This document shows positions 18,902 to 28,221 of a stretch of 34,100 nt of DNA, piece by piece. How positions within the stretch are numbered: position 1 is the first letter of the stretch; every line of letters starts with the position of its first letter. The notes beneath the pieces were generated by a model. The model saw only the letters and a list, made by a program, of their open reading frames with translations, ran no database searches and was not told the origin of the DNA. Where the stretch lies: NCBI GenBank assembly GCA_046760155.1, contig JBHIDQ010000003.1:1-34100 (forward strand), in the 5' to 3' direction. Source of the DNA: Dehalococcoidales bacterium (GTDB lineage Bacteria; Chloroflexota; Dehalococcoidia; Dehalococcoidales; RBG-16-60-22). The translations under genes and the position numbers were made by a program.

Positions 18902-19612
18902 TTATTCAATATTTTTTCGCTTACTAATTGTCCTGTTGTTGCTGGTCACTTTTTCATCACTAACAATCTTTCCATCCAGAAGGCGAATGATGCGCCCGGT
19001 TTTAGCGGCAATATCATACTCATGGGTGACCAAGACTACAGTGATGCCTTCCCGGTTAAGCTGCAAGAAAATAGAAATAATCTCGTCAGTAGAGGCACTA
19101 TCCAGGTTGCCCGTAGGCTCATCGGCCAGGATGATCGCGGGGTTGGTCACCAATGCCCGGGCGATCGCTACCCGCTGTTGCTCACCTCCCGATAGCTCAG
19201 TTGGTCTATGGTTGGCCCGTGCCCCCAAGCCCACCCGCTCTAGCGCTTCTATAGCCCGCTTGTGCTTCCGACCGCCACCGCTATAGATAAGTGGCAGCTC
19301 AACATTAGACAGGGCATTAGTACGGGGTAAGAGATTAAAAGTCTGGAAGACAAAGCCAATCTTCTTATTTCTCAGTTCGGCTAACTTATTATCATTAAGT
19401 CGGCTGACGTCAACCCCATCAAGGGTATATCTACCTAAAGTAGGTTTATCCAGAAAGCCAATGATGTTCATCAGGGTAGACTTGCCTGAGCCGGAGGCAC
19501 CAATGATTGCCAGCATCTCCCCCTCATTAATGGAAAGCGTTATCCCCCTGAGAGCGGGAACCTCTACCTTACCCATTCGGTAAATCTTGGTGATATTCTC
19601 TAGCTCAATCAT
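18902..19612 (-). CDS. MacB/LolD-type ABC transporter ATP-binding protein
   Basis: [32 protein letters not shown] and VTH. ATG at 19612 follows GGAG. Confidence 0.96.
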   Translation of the reverse strand: MIELENITKIYRMGKVEVPALRGITLSINEGEMLAIIGASGSGKSTLMNIIGFLDKPTLGRYTLDGVDVSRLNDNKLAELRNKKIGFVFQTFNLLPRTNALSNVELPLIYSGGGRKHKRAIEALERVGLGARANHRPTELSGGEQQRVAIARALVTNPAIILADEPTGNLDSASTDEIISIFLQLNREGITVVLVTHEYDIAAKTGRIIRLLDGKIVSDEKVTSNNRTISKRKNIE

Positions 19613-19673
19613 GCCAGTCTCCAATAGTTAGTGCCTTTAAGTTTATTGCTTAAAAGAATCCAAACTCAGATGA

Positions 19674-21086
19674 CTATCGTTTTACACGAGTCTCGATCAC
19701 TACTTCTCCCTCACGAAGCCCACTTATAATCTCGGTGTTAAAGCCATCACTAATCCCGATCTCTACCGGTCTTTCTTCCATTTCCTCACCGACCATGACC
19801 TTAACTATTGTCTTGCCTTCCTCATCCTCTTCAATGGCTCGGTCCGGTACCAGCAGGACGTTGCTCCGTTTGGCGAGTACAATATCCGCCTCGGCACTCA
19901 TACCAACCTTTATGCCAGGACCCTCGGGAACATCGAAGATTATTTTGACTCTATAGACCACCACGCCACCGACTTCGATCGGCATCGGGAAAATGGTGGT
20001 AACATTGCCGATAAGCTCGACATCAGGGAGTGCGTCCAGTTCAATAATGGCTTCCTGCCCCAAACTTACCTCTGGTATGTCTATCTCATCCACTTCCACA
20101 ATCAGTTCCATACTGCTGGGGTCAATCAGATGGATAATCGGTTTGGCAGTGAAAGACGGCGAAGGAATAATGTCTCCCTCTTCAGCAGTGACCTCAGTTA
20201 CTACGCCGTCAATGGTGGCAGTGATAATGGCCTCATCTAGTTCCTTCTGGGTCTGGGCTAAAGATACTCGGGCTAAGACTACAGACTGTTTAGCCTGCTC
20301 CACAGATTCTTTCGCTGCCTCTATCTGCAGTTCCTTTATGGCAATGTCTTCGGTTAGTTTATCTAGATTTTTCTGGGCTTGCGCCTCTGCCATCTCTGCC
20401 GCCTCTAGCTGCAGTCTGGCGATGGCTACTTCTTCGGTATCATAGGCATATACTTTGGCATCCAATATCGCCTCAGCTGCCTCTAGTCTTGCTTGAGCAT
20501 AAGCCACTGTTGCCGCTGATAGACCCTCATCCAAAACATACTGCAAAAAGGCCTCCGCGTTATCTACATCTTTCTGTGCTGTTTCAATATCCGGCCAGGT
20601 ATAGATGTCTTGGGTTTCATCCAGATGGTGTTTGGCGTTCCTCACGTCTATCTGGGCGTTAAATAAAGTCAGTTCCAGCGCATCTTTGGTGTCTCGAATG
20701 TTTTTCAGTTCGTATTCGGCGGTTTGCTGGCTTAATTTTGCCTGGGTCAGGGCTAGTTGTGCTTGAGTCAGGGCTACTTCGGCTTGGGTTTTGGCTAGTT
20801 CCAAGGCATCGGTATCAAGTTCGGCTAACACCTCGCCTTTACTAACCTCATCACCTTCCTCGACGTATATCTTCTCTATCCGGCCACCGCTGCCAAAGCT
20901 TAACCTCGCCTCACGAGAGGCTTCGATGTTACCGCTGCCACTGACGCTAACCATTAAATCACCCCTTACCACTTCAACCAATTGTTCGGTAGTTTCCCCT
21001 TCGTCACCAAGCGGATTACAGGCAGTAAGGCTAACTAAAATCAAGCTTGATAGTAATAATGGAACGATAATTTGCCGTCTTCTCAT
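19674..21086 (-). CDS. Membrane fusion/adaptor subunit (MacA/YknX-like lipoprotein with a long coiled coil)
   Basis: Lipobox LTAC; split lipoyl halves (VEEGDEVSKGEVLA / ATIDGVV); long Ala/Gln/Glu-rich hairpin; VDEIDI; GMSA; GLREGE. Confidence 0.92.
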   Translation of the reverse strand: MRRRQIIVPLLLSSLILVSLTACNPLGDEGETTEQLVEVVRGDLMVSVSGSGNIEASREARLSFGSGGRIEKIYVEEGDEVSKGEVLAELDTDALELAKTQAEVALTQAQLALTQAKLSQQTAEYELKNIRDTKDALELTLFNAQIDVRNAKHHLDETQDIYTWPDIETAQKDVDNAEAFLQYVLDEGLSAATVAYAQARLEAAEAILDAKVYAYDTEEVAIARLQLEAAEMAEAQAQKNLDKLTEDIAIKELQIEAAKESVEQAKQSVVLARVSLAQTQKELDEAIITATIDGVVTEVTAEEGDIIPSPSFTAKPIIHLIDPSSMELIVEVDEIDIPEVSLGQEAIIELDALPDVELIGNVTTIFPMPIEVGGVVVYRVKIIFDVPEGPGIKVGMSAEADIVLAKRSNVLLVPDRAIEEDEEGKTIVKVMVGEEMEERPVEIGISDGFNTEIISGLREGEVVIETRVKR

Positions 21087-21129
21087 TTTAAGTCTCCCAA
21101 AAAGAATATTCGGCTCATTTCCGGTGATT

Positions 21130-21621
21130 TCATTTTATTGGTAACTTACTTCTCTTGTGCTCTTCCTCCCAGCGTTCCAGGAGAGCAGGGAATTCCCGTT
21201 CCAGAAAGGTGTACACATCACGCATCTCCTCTAACCACTTCCGGGTCAGGGGTGTTTTGTCTGCCAGTAGTTCCAGTCCGCGTTCGGCGAGCTGCCGGAC
21301 CATCCGAATCTCGTCTTCAAGACCGCGTCTTATCATGTGCTGCCAGGCATCGGGCCGAAGGCGGAAGTAGTCATGCCGTACCCCCGGTAGGCTGAGTCGC
21401 TCGATAAGACCGATTTGAATGAGGAGACGGGTCATGGTGCTGATGGAGCCTTTGCTGGCCATGAGGGCTTCGACCAGTTGGTCGGTCGATTGGTGTGGTG
21501 GGTTGGAGATGAGAAGCCAGCCAAGAATACGTCCCGCCATCCGGGGCAAACCAGTCTGCTCAAAGACAATGCCGACTTCTTCCACAAAGCGCTGCTCTTC
21601 AGCTTGTTCGCTGTTTTCCAT
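21130..21621 (-). CDS. GbsR/MarR-family transcriptional regulator
   Basis: FVEEVG..FEQTGLPRMAGRILGWLL, ASKGSISTMTRLL and PGVRHDYF. Confidence 0.88.
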   Translation of the reverse strand: MENSEQAEEQRFVEEVGIVFEQTGLPRMAGRILGWLLISNPPHQSTDQLVEALMASKGSISTMTRLLIQIGLIERLSLPGVRHDYFRLRPDAWQHMIRRGLEDEIRMVRQLAERGLELLADKTPLTRKWLEEMRDVYTFLEREFPALLERWEEEHKRSKLPIK

Positions 21622-21658
21622 CCGCGCGTCCTCCGGAATTAGTTTATTTTGTGCTTAT

Positions 21659-21687
21659 ATTATAATAGATATTGTATATTTTGTCAA
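21659..21687 (-). promoter_or_regulatory. Perfect-consensus sigma70 promoter of the regulator-exporter operon
   Basis: Minus strand TTGACA (21687-21682), 17 nt, TATAAT (21664-21659). Confidence 0.8.
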
Positions 21688-21748
21688 TACTGAAAGTAGT
21701 GAATTTTATGAATTTTTTTTAAAAAATTATTGGGGTAATTCGGACAAA

Positions 21749-21991
21749 TTAAGGTAATAAGTTGGCGATAAGCTGGAGCAGGATGATGGCGATCATTGGT
21801 GTGAAGTCAAACATACCAGTTCGGGGAATGATGCGGCGCAGGGGTGCTAGAATCGGCTCGGTGATTTTGTCCAGAACAAGAGTTAGTGTATTTGGTTCGG
21901 TCACAAACCAGGACAGGATAACTCGAATAAAAATAGCGAAAGTGAATACTTCGCACAGGATCTTAATAAAATTGAAGAGGACTTCCACCAC
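21749..21991 (-). CDS. yggT: YggT/YlmG family membrane protein
   Basis: RVILSWF, ITEPILAPLRRIIP and FDFTP. Confidence 0.92.
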   Translation of the reverse strand: MVEVLFNFIKILCEVFTFAIFIRVILSWFVTEPNTLTLVLDKITEPILAPLRRIIPRTGMFDFTPMIAIILLQLIANLLP

Positions 21992-21994
21992 TAC

Positions 21995-22804
21995 TTACCT
22001 GCCCAGTTCTTTAGCTCGCTTGTAGGCAGCCGTAATTGCTTGCTGAACTAGGTCGCTGAAGCCGCCTTTTTCAAACTGGAGCAGTGCTGCGGCAGTAGTA
22101 CCGCCAGGTGAGGTAACCATTCTGCGTAGTTCAGCCGGTGATTTGTCTGATTTCTGAAGTAGATGACCGGAGCCGAGCATGGTCTGGAGCACTAGTTCCT
22201 CAGCCACATTGGGGGAAAGGCCAATCTTCAGCGCAGCATCAACTAGAGACTCGACAAAAAGGAAGAAATAAGCTGGCCCGCTGCCGCTTATCGCCGTAGC
22301 CATATCAAGATACTTTTCATCGTCAACATAGATTTCTTTGCCCATTGTGCTAAGGATAGAGCTTGCCCATTTCTTTTGCGACTCGGTTACCTCAGCTGTA
22401 GCCGTCCAGACGCTGATGCCCTCCCCAATCTGGGCGGGTGTATTGGGCATTACCCGAACAATAGACCGGTGATTAAGCCCTTGACATAAAGTGTCAATCC
22501 TGGCTCCGGCGATGATAGACAAGACAAGTTGGCTTGGCTTAAGCTGACCACCGAGATTAGGCATTACCTCAGCTAAATTCTGTGGTTTAATCGCCAGAAC
22601 GATGATATCACCCTTATCCGCCGCTTCGCGATTATCTTCCGTCACCGCGACATCGTATTTTTGTTTCAGACGCTGGCGGCGTTCTTCCTTAATATCACTA
22701 ACCCAAACCGTCGAAGGCATGCTCAGCCCTTTACCCAGAACTGCGGATAGCATCGCTTCACCCATCGCCCCGCCACCGATAAAGACTATCTTTATGGTAT
22801 CCAT
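21995..22804 (-). CDS. proC: Pyrroline-5-carboxylate reductase
   Basis: FIGGGAMG, LAIKPQ, RVMPNTP, SGSGPAY and VTSPGGTT. ATG at 22804 avoids overlap with leuS. Confidence 0.97.
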   Translation of the reverse strand: MDTIKIVFIGGGAMGEAMLSAVLGKGLSMPSTVWVSDIKEERRQRLKQKYDVAVTEDNREAADKGDIIVLAIKPQNLAEVMPNLGGQLKPSQLVLSIIAGARIDTLCQGLNHRSIVRVMPNTPAQIGEGISVWTATAEVTESQKKWASSILSTMGKEIYVDDEKYLDMATAISGSGPAYFFLFVESLVDAALKIGLSPNVAEELVLQTMLGSGHLLQKSDKSPAELRRMVTSPGGTTAAALLQFEKGGFSDLVQQAITAAYKRAKELGR

Positions 22805-22814
22805 TCTGGTGCCT

Positions 22815-25277
22815 TCACTGCACGACAAAATTGACCAACTTACCGGGGACATATATTCTTTTTAGAATTTTTTTACCTTCAAGGTAAGCATTGGCTCGTT
22901 TGGCTTTTTCGAGGAGTAATTGGGGAAGTTCCGCCTCGGTAATGGAGGCTGGGGCAGTGATCCGGTCACGCAGCTTACCGTTCACTTGAATCACTAGGGT
23001 AATCTCTTCGTCCTTGGCGAGCTCTTCATCCCATTGTGGCCAGCTTTGATTATGAATGCTGTACTCACGCCCGGTCTTCTGCCATAACTCTTCGGCCAGA
23101 TGGGGGGCGGTAGGCGCGAGGAGTCTGAGTAAGATACTTATCGATTCTTCCCAAGCTGAAGCTGTAACTGCTCCTGTTTTCTTCAGTTTGGCCAGATAGT
23201 TAGTGAGTTCCATAAGTGCAGCTATCATCGTATTAAAGTGAAGTTTTTCGAGGTCTTTGGTCACTCTCTTTATTGTCTGGTGAGTAAACCGGGTTAGCTC
23301 CCGCTCTGCTTTCTGTCTGACATCAGGACTGCTCTTTTCATTCTGGTGATATCCTTCCAGCACCAGACGCCATACCCGATCAAGCCAGCGACTTACCCCG
23401 CTGAGGCCACTATCATCCCACTCACCACCCTGTTCCCAAGGTGCCAAGAACATGAGGTAAGCACGAATGGCATCTGCTCCCACCTCAGCGACGTACTCGT
23501 CAGGAGTGATTACATTGCCTCTGGATTTACTCATCTTCTGCTTCTCAACAATAATAATCCCCTGGTTAAACATGCGTTTATATGGCTCATCAAAGTCGAT
23601 CAGACCCATGTCCCGGATTGCCTTAGTAAAGAAGCGGGAGTAGAGGAGGTGCATAACAGCGTGCTCAGCCCCGCCAGTATAAAGATCTACGGGCATCCAG
23701 TATTTCACCTTATCAGCATCAAATGGGGCGGTATCACAGTTGGGGCTAGTATAGCGAAGAAAATACCAATTAGAGCACATAAAGGTGTCCATAGTGTCAG
23801 TTTCCCGCTTGCCTGGGCCACCGCAGCGGGGACAGGTGGTATTGACAAACTGTTCATGGTATTTGAGTGGGGATTCACCAGTAGGTCTGAACTCGGCGTC
23901 TTCCGGTAGCAAGACGGGTAGGTCTTCTTCCGGGACAGGAACAATGCCACACTTCTGGCAGTAAATCATGGGGATTGGTGCTCCCCAGTAGCGCTGACGG
24001 GAGATAAGCCAATCGCGAAGTCGATAGGTTATGGTTCGCTTACCCCAGCCTTTCTCCTCGAGAAAATCAGAGATGGCTTCTATGCCCTGCTCGTTGGGAA
24101 CTCCGTTAAACTGCGCCGAGTTCACGATGACGCCTGGTTCAATATAGGCTTCTTCCAGTTCTTCGCCCTGCCATCCGGGAGGCGCTATTACCACCCGTAT
24201 TGGCAGGTCATACTTCTTGGCAAAAATGAAATCGCGCTCATCATGAGCCGGTACCCCCATTACCGCACCGGTACCATAGCTCAACAGCACATAGTCAGCA
24301 ATCCAGATGGGCACCTTTTCCCTATTTAGCCGGTTGATGCAATAAGCCCCGATAAATACACCATCCTTTTCTTTCTCCGTTGAGAGTCGTTCTATTTCAC
24401 TCAGACGTCTTGATTTAGCAATGTAATCTTCAACTTCGGCTCTCTTATCTGGCGAGGTCAGTACTTCCACCAGCGGGTGCTCTGGGGCTAGAACCATAAA
24501 GGTAACGCCAAAGGTGGTATCAGGACGGGTGGTAAATACCCTTATCTCTTTTGCTTCTGTGTTGGGGTGGTCAAGGGCAAAGGAAATTTCGGTACCCTGG
24601 CTCTTACCTATCCAGTTCCGCTGCATCGTTTTTATCCGCTCAGACCAGACGGTGTCTTTATATTCTAGAAGCTCATCGGCATATTTGGTGATGCGGAAGA
24701 ACCACTGCTCCAGGTCTCGCCGGGTTACCGCAGCCCCACAGCGCTCGCAGAAGCCTCCACTGACTACTTGTTCGTTGGCCAGCACCGTCTGACAGCGGGG
24801 GCACCAATTAACTGGAGCCTTGGCTCGATAAGCCAAATCGGCCTCATACAGCTTCAAGAAGAACCACTCTGTCCACTTGTAATACTCAGGCAAGCAGCTA
24901 ACTACCTCTCGACTCCAATCATAAATGGCACCTATGCTCCTGAGTTGGCGACGCATGTTGTCTACGTTTTGCATCGTCCATTTAAAGGGGTGAATGCCCC
25001 GCGAGATAGCAGCATTCTCCGCCGGCAGACCAAAGGCATCAAATCCCATCGGATGAAGCACATTATAACCCTGCATTCGCTTGAATCGGGCATGAACGTC
25101 AGATGGCGCCATGGCATACCAGTGCCCAATATGGAGGTCACCCGAGGTATAGGGGAACATGGTCAGGTCATACCACTTGGGTCGAGGATCATCTTCGCTA
25201 ACTTGGTACAACCTGTCATCTTCCCACTTCTGTTGCCATTTCTTCTCTATTTCCTGAGGATTATACTTAGCTATCAT
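22815..25277 (-). CDS. leuS: Leucine--tRNA ligase
   Basis: MFPYTSGDLHIGH, FTTRPDT, GTGAVMGVPAHD, DWLISRQRYWG and KMSKS. Confidence 0.99.
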   Translation of the reverse strand: MIAKYNPQEIEKKWQQKWEDDRLYQVSEDDPRPKWYDLTMFPYTSGDLHIGHWYAMAPSDVHARFKRMQGYNVLHPMGFDAFGLPAENAAISRGIHPFKWTMQNVDNMRRQLRSIGAIYDWSREVVSCLPEYYKWTEWFFLKLYEADLAYRAKAPVNWCPRCQTVLANEQVVSGGFCERCGAAVTRRDLEQWFFRITKYADELLEYKDTVWSERIKTMQRNWIGKSQGTEISFALDHPNTEAKEIRVFTTRPDTTFGVTFMVLAPEHPLVEVLTSPDKRAEVEDYIAKSRRLSEIERLSTEKEKDGVFIGAYCINRLNREKVPIWIADYVLLSYGTGAVMGVPAHDERDFIFAKKYDLPIRVVIAPPGWQGEELEEAYIEPGVIVNSAQFNGVPNEQGIEAISDFLEEKGWGKRTITYRLRDWLISRQRYWGAPIPMIYCQKCGIVPVPEEDLPVLLPEDAEFRPTGESPLKYHEQFVNTTCPRCGGPGKRETDTMDTFMCSNWYFLRYTSPNCDTAPFDADKVKYWMPVDLYTGGAEHAVMHLLYSRFFTKAIRDMGLIDFDEPYKRMFNQGIIIVEKQKMSKSRGNVITPDEYVAEVGADAIRAYLMFLAPWEQGGEWDDSGLSGVSRWLDRVWRLVLEGYHQNEKSSPDVRQKAERELTRFTHQTIKRVTKDLEKLHFNTMIAALMELTNYLAKLKKTGAVTASAWEESISILLRLLAPTAPHLAEELWQKTGREYSIHNQSWPQWDEELAKDEEITLVIQVNGKLRDRITAPASITEAELPQLLLEKAKRANAYLEGKKILKRIYVPGKLVNFVVQ

Positions 25278-25340
25278 TTATCCTCCGTCTGAAGGAAAGC
25301 TTTCTGCCTACTTGATTGAGACGGCTGGTGACTTATCTCA

Positions 25341-25412
25341 CTAACTCCTTCCCTTGATAAGTGGATAAGCGAATGGTGAGTGTAGGCAGAGAGGGCTTTG
25401 CCCCTCTCTGCA
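25341..25412. repeat. Degenerate copy of the GAGGGGC-TTC-GCCCCTC palindromic repeat in the leuS leader
   Basis: Hairpin GCAGAGAGGGC-TTT-GCCCCTCTCTGC preceded by CTCCTTCCCTT; resembles 32602-32791. Confidence 0.55.
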
Positions 25413-25445
25413 ATCTCTTCTTGCTTCCAAATGATTCACACGATT

Positions 25446-25475
25446 AGTCTAACTTAATTGGCGCAGGCTCGTCAA
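25446..25475 (-). promoter_or_regulatory. Probable leuS promoter
   Basis: Minus strand TTGACG-18 nt-TAGACT, implying a leader of about 160 nt. Confidence 0.5.
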
Positions 25476-25598
25476 TAAGCGGAGGGTTAACTGCGCCGAA
25501 TATGCCTCAAGCCAAGTCTAACCGTGACACCACTGCGGTCAACAGTTACCCAGCTTGATTATTTCGGTATGTGGAGCACCAACTTAATGCCATTAATC

Positions 25599-25644
25599 AA
25601 AAAGAGAAGCTGGATATTCTTTCTCAACAAATATCCAGCCTCTT
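25599..25644 (-). terminator. Intrinsic terminator of the 46-aa gene
   Basis: Stem GCTGGATATT (25609-25618) / AATATCCAGC (25630-25639), followed on the minus strand by TTCTCTTTTT. Confidence 0.7.
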
Positions 25645-25673
25645 CAATAATTCGATTATTTATAATATTAGTT

Positions 25674-25814
25674 TTAGCCCTTCCCGATTCGGAACATCTT
25701 GGTGCCACATACAGGGCATGTCCCTTGTGTCGCCGGCTTCTTGTTCTTCATCGTGATGGACCTTGGATCTTTCATTTCCCTTTTGGCACGGCACTTCACA
25801 CAATAGGCTTGCAT
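25674..25814 (-). CDS. 46-aa basic double-CxxC microprotein (DUF5679-like)
   Basis: Not in the ORF track. Translates as MQAYCVKCRAKREMKDPRSITMKNKKPATQGTCPVCGTKMFRIGKG; SD GGAGGT; own promoter and terminator. Confidence 0.9.
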   Translation of the reverse strand: MQAYCVKCRAKREMKDPRSITMKNKKPATQGTCPVCGTKMFRIGKG

Positions 25815-25852
25815 TGTTTACCTCCTTTTTCTTTTTGGTAGGATTAGCCAGA

Positions 25853-25881
25853 AGCATAAACTATTTTTCCTTTAATGTCAA
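25853..25881 (-). promoter_or_regulatory. Promoter of the 46-aa gene
   Basis: Minus strand TTGACA-17 nt-TATGCT. Confidence 0.7.
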
Positions 25882-26134
25882 TAGTAACAAGAGCCAATAC
25901 GCGTAAAATTTAAGCGCCAATAATCATCCTGACTGAGATTATGCCATTAATCCAGCTTATTTCTTGCCTGCCCTCCGTCCTTTAGTTTTAGACTTGTCCA
26001 GAGCTATTTTATACCGTTTTATGGCTCTACCTGACTTAAACCGATTCAGATTGACAAAGCCTTTGGTTCTATTCATTTTTTCTTGCCTCAGAGACAAATA
26101 TAGTATTCTTTTACCTTGTAGTCAAATTTAAACA

Positions 26135-26164
26135 TTGCTCATAATCAGTAATATCAACTATAAT
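26135..26164 (+). promoter_or_regulatory. Probable promoter of the methyltransferase-MFS operon
   Basis: TTGCTC-18 nt-TATAAT. Confidence 0.5.
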
Positions 26165-26184
26165 TAGTCAATTCAGGTGCCAAA

Positions 26185-26832
26185 ATGACGATATTAAAAA
26201 TCGTACTGATAGTCTTAGGGGTTATTTTTTTATCTCTTGCTTTGCTTCGTGTCATCAGGAAGCTTCATCGTTCCCCAGCGCCAACCTTTATCGGACGGTT
26301 TTTGGATAGTGACTTCAGGCGTTGGTTCCAGTCGCCAGATAAAGTGATTGAGCGCAGTGGTATCAAACCGGGAATGACGGTAATGGAACTTGGCTGTGGC
26401 AGTGGCGCTTTTACCACTTTCATTGCTAGGGTAGTAGGGGAGCAGGGTAAGGTCTACGCTGTTGACGTCCAACCAGAGATGCTGCGGCAACTGGAGCGCA
26501 AATTATCTAGGTCAGAGAGTCAAGATATAACCAATATTGAGCTGAAGCAGGCTGGTGCTTATGACCTGCCGTTTGCCGATGAGTCTTTTGACCTCGTCTG
26601 TATGGTAAATGTACTTCCAGAGATACCGGATAGAGGCAGAGCATTACGGGAAATAAAAAGGGTGTTAACACCGGGCGGGATTTTAGCCGTAACCGAATTT
26701 TTGCCCGACCCAGATTATCCGTTGCGTTCGACTACCATCAAGCTATGCCAGCAGGAAGGGTTTATTCTCAATGATAATCTGGGTAATTTGTGGAATTACA
26801 CGATAAGGTTGAAGAAACCGCCCTCAGGGTAG
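26185..26832 (+). CDS. Class I SAM-dependent methyltransferase with an N-terminal membrane anchor
   Basis: MELGCGSG motif I, VYAVDVQ, LPFADESFD and RVLTPGG; hydrophobic N-terminus. Confidence 0.9.
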   Translation: MTILKIVLIVLGVIFLSLALLRVIRKLHRSPAPTFIGRFLDSDFRRWFQSPDKVIERSGIKPGMTVMELGCGSGAFTTFIARVVGEQGKVYAVDVQPEMLRQLERKLSRSESQDITNIELKQAGAYDLPFADESFDLVCMVNVLPEIPDRGRALREIKRVLTPGGILAVTEFLPDPDYPLRSTTIKLCQQEGFILNDNLGNLWNYTIRLKKPPSG

Positions 26833-26892
26833 TAGCCAAGGAAATTCATGACGAATTTAAATAGTTTTACCTAGTTGACTGGCGAGGAGAGG

Positions 26893-28152
26893 ATGTATTT
26901 ATTGCGATTATCTTTTGGGCTTAAGGATAGACTATTTTACGGTTGGGTGGTGGTAGCTGTTTTTCTGGTTATAGGCATAACTTTTTACGGGATACACTTT
27001 TCTTTTGGCGTCTTCTTTAAGTCGATTGAGAGCGAGTTCAGCCTAACTCGAGCGACGACTTCCGCGATCTTATCAGCTAATATGGTACTCGCTGGTATTT
27101 ACTCTTTTTTTGCCGGCTGGGCTTTGGACCGGTACGGACCGAGAATCGTTGTCCTTTTGATGGGTATATTTACTGGTTTGAGTTTGGTACTAACCAGTCA
27201 GACTAATGCCCTATGGCAGTTATTCATCACTTATAGCCTATTATTAGCTATGGGAACCGGTCCTATATATGTCGTGCCGATGTCAGCCGTCTCGAGATGG
27301 TTTGCTAAAAAAAGGGGTATGGCTTTAGGCTTATCTAGTTTAGGAATCGGATTGGGAGTGATAGTGATGGCACCTTTTGCTACCTACTTGATTACTAACT
27401 TTGATTGGCATACCGCGTATTTAATAATTGGACTGATTGCCTGGTTAGTGGTGCTTCCTCTATCAATGCTCCTGAAAAAGGACCCACGTGACGTTGGTGC
27501 ACTACCTGACGGAGTAATAAAACCTTACGCCGATGATGTAAGGAGCGAGGAAAGCAGTATTCAGCCGATGGACTATTCACTGTCAGAGCTATTCAGAACC
27601 AGAAATTTCTGGCTATTTGTATGTATCTGGTTCATTTTTGCTGCCTGCGTGTTTCTAATCTTCACCCATCTGGTGCCCCATATTACGGATATAGGCTTTT
27701 CTGCGGGGCAGGCGGCGGTAGTGCTCAGTCTGATCGGCGTGGCTTCCATCCCCGGTAGACTGCTAATGGGTATTGCTTCAGATAGGCTGGGCAGAAAATT
27801 GGCGCCCATTATCTGTACCCTTCTTCAATCGGGGGCCATGGTGTGGTTGATCTGGGTTCAGGACTTATGGGGTCTCTATTTATTTGCCCTGGTTTTCGGC
27901 TTTGTCTACAGTGGTTTTGGCAGTAGTGGGGCCGCCCTGATTAGCGATACTTTTGGCTTAAGTAAAATTGGAGTCATCTTTGGTTTGCTGGAGATTAGTT
28001 TCGGTATTGGTGCGGCGATTGGTCCAGCCATAGGGGGGATCATTTTTGATATCAGGCAAAGTTATTCTATCGCTTTCTTAATTGGGGCAGTAGCTATGTT
28101 GGTGGTGACTTTGCTTGTCACTCTGGTCCGGCGAGAAACGGAGGTAACTTAG
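26893..28152 (+). CDS. MFS transporter (OFA/monocarboxylate-like)
   Basis: FYGWVVV, motif A GWALDRYGPR and GIASDRLGRK, RWFAKKRG; 12 TM. ATG at 26893 follows GAGGAG. Confidence 0.93.
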   Translation: MYLLRLSFGLKDRLFYGWVVVAVFLVIGITFYGIHFSFGVFFKSIESEFSLTRATTSAILSANMVLAGIYSFFAGWALDRYGPRIVVLLMGIFTGLSLVLTSQTNALWQLFITYSLLLAMGTGPIYVVPMSAVSRWFAKKRGMALGLSSLGIGLGVIVMAPFATYLITNFDWHTAYLIIGLIAWLVVLPLSMLLKKDPRDVGALPDGVIKPYADDVRSEESSIQPMDYSLSELFRTRNFWLFVCIWFIFAACVFLIFTHLVPHITDIGFSAGQAAVVLSLIGVASIPGRLLMGIASDRLGRKLAPIICTLLQSGAMVWLIWVQDLWGLYLFALVFGFVYSGFGSSGAALISDTFGLSKIGVIFGLLEISFGIGAAIGPAIGGIIFDIRQSYSIAFLIGAVAMLVVTLLVTLVRRETEVT

Positions 28153-28221
28153 CTGGCGGCCAGAGCATTTAAATATCTTAACAATTAAACCTGAGCTTTT
28201 AGCCAGCAGGAAGGAAAATCA

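Noticed and set aside
21749-22804. Absence of yggS/sepF beside proC-yggT
   Set aside because: This neighbourhood is often rearranged, and absence cannot be judged from one window.
25278-25600. T-box riboswitch upstream of leuS
   Set aside because: No GGTGGNACC antiterminator motif was found on the minus strand.
25524-25857. Track ORFs 25524..25841, 25571..25756 and 25660..25857
   Set aside because: They overlap the better-supported 46-aa gene (25674..25814), which has an SD, promoter and terminator in another frame.
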